From IMG/VR virus record IMGVR_UViG_3300000292_000030, positions 1-39,684 of that record: 39,684 nt of DNA. The stretch is one strand, 5' to 3'. Shown piece by piece: positions 39,427 through 39,684 of this stretch. The notes beneath the pieces are model-generated. The model made no database searches, was not told the origin of the DNA, and worked only from the letters and a program-made list of their open reading frames with translations. A program made the translations under genes and the position numbers. How positions within the stretch are numbered: position 1 is the first letter of the stretch; each line of letters starts with the position of its first letter. This DNA is from a virus.

Positions 39427-39684
39427 ATGAACGAACAACAATTTTTAGATTGGTGTAAAGAGGAAGTTGTAAAATATACTAATAATCACTTAGATAAATC
39501 AGATAACAAGCAAATAACGAAAAATGATGTGTTTATGGTTTGGTGTGTTAAGGTTTTACAAAATAACAAAGCATTATTAAGTACAACTTTATTCGACGGA
39601 ATGTATTATGAATGTACATACAATGGAGATAAAAAAGAAATGTACATAGATGCTTATAAGAAATGGGAGAATTACAAAGTTGAG
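39427..39684 (+). CDS. N-terminal part of a hypothetical protein that continues at 55..147 after the circular junction
   Basis: AGGAGGACTTT SD then ATG 39427. The frame runs off the window end in phase with the ORF at 1..147. Total length is about 116 aa on the circular molecule. Confidence 0.55.
   Translation, partial: MNEQQFLDWCKEEVVKYTNNHLDKSDNKQITKNDVFMVWCVKVLQNNKALLSTTLFDGMYYECTYNGDKKEMYIDAYKKWENYKVE

Larger units (their letters stand above)
1..39684 (+). mobile_element. complete temperate phage genome (siphovirus-like), circularly closed
   Basis: Full set of head, tail, lysis, integration, lysogeny-switch, replication and packaging modules. The terminal 54 bp are duplicated and no host genes are present. 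Confidence 0.9.

Noticed and set aside
1-39684. Genome-wide TAG (amber) reassignment, prompted by the in-frame TAG junctions at 3094, 29268 and 30623.
   Set aside because: TAG terminates many well-supported genes at sensible lengths, followed by SD-led starts. Examples are the scaffold (1028), chaperone (4590), Dit (9105), Tal (12749), holin (17384), RecT (26189), DnaB (28669) and TerL (35786). No structural gene is interrupted by a stop. The 3094 case has a normal SD plus ATG at 3106.

Overview
The window is a complete temperate siphovirus-type phage genome. It is closed on itself: bases 1..54 are identical to 39631..39684, which gives a unique length of 39,630 bp. The host looks like an AT-rich Gram-positive (Clostridia/Bacilli-like), judging from strong AGGAGG-type ribosome-binding sites and a PBSX-style XhlA-holin-amidase lysis cassette. 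I see no host flanking DNA, so this is the excised or replicative form with an intact attP.

Gene order on the + strand unless noted:
- Head: scaffold and major capsid (407..2034).
- Head-tail joining genes (2050..3459).
- Tail: major tail protein, chaperone pair, 1181-aa tape measure, Dit, and a 1214-aa Tal (3462..12751).
- A 1290-aa receptor-binding protein with an embedded GH2 glycosidase and a LamG domain (12767..16639).
- Lysis cassette (16883..18360).
- attP region with TTACTGAC arm-type repeats, then a tyrosine integrase on the - strand (18651..20007).
- Lysogeny and accessory block: bPH-SHOCT protein, small XRE regulator, a LexA-box-preceded 35-codon ORF, a short cI-like repressor, Cro, and a Rha/KilAC antirepressor (20061..22847).
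- Early genes: YqaJ exonuclease, RecT, a - strand ribbon-helix-helix gene missed by the ORF track, an iteron-containing replication initiator, DnaB helicase, RusA, MazG-like, and many small Cys-rich ORFs (22859..32758).
- ArpU/RinA-like late activator (32842..33300).
- A 455-bp structured non-coding leader (33301..33755).
- TerS, TerL, SPP1-type portal and minor head protein (34021..38105).
- A five-gene accessory island inside the head module that spans the circular junction (38109..39684 plus 1..303).

I found no CRISPR array, reverse transcriptase, rRNA or canonical tRNA.

Most interesting observations:
- A candidate LexA-controlled micro-antirepressor circuit.
- The GH2 enzyme in the receptor-binding protein.
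- The tRNA-like, terminator-containing late leader.
- The bPH-SHOCT/XRE cassette beside int.
- A nucleoside 2-deoxyribosyltransferase-like gene in the head module.
- A tail chaperone pair that needs a +1 frameshift rather than the canonical -1.

All functional calls come from motif recognition by eye. No database search was run.
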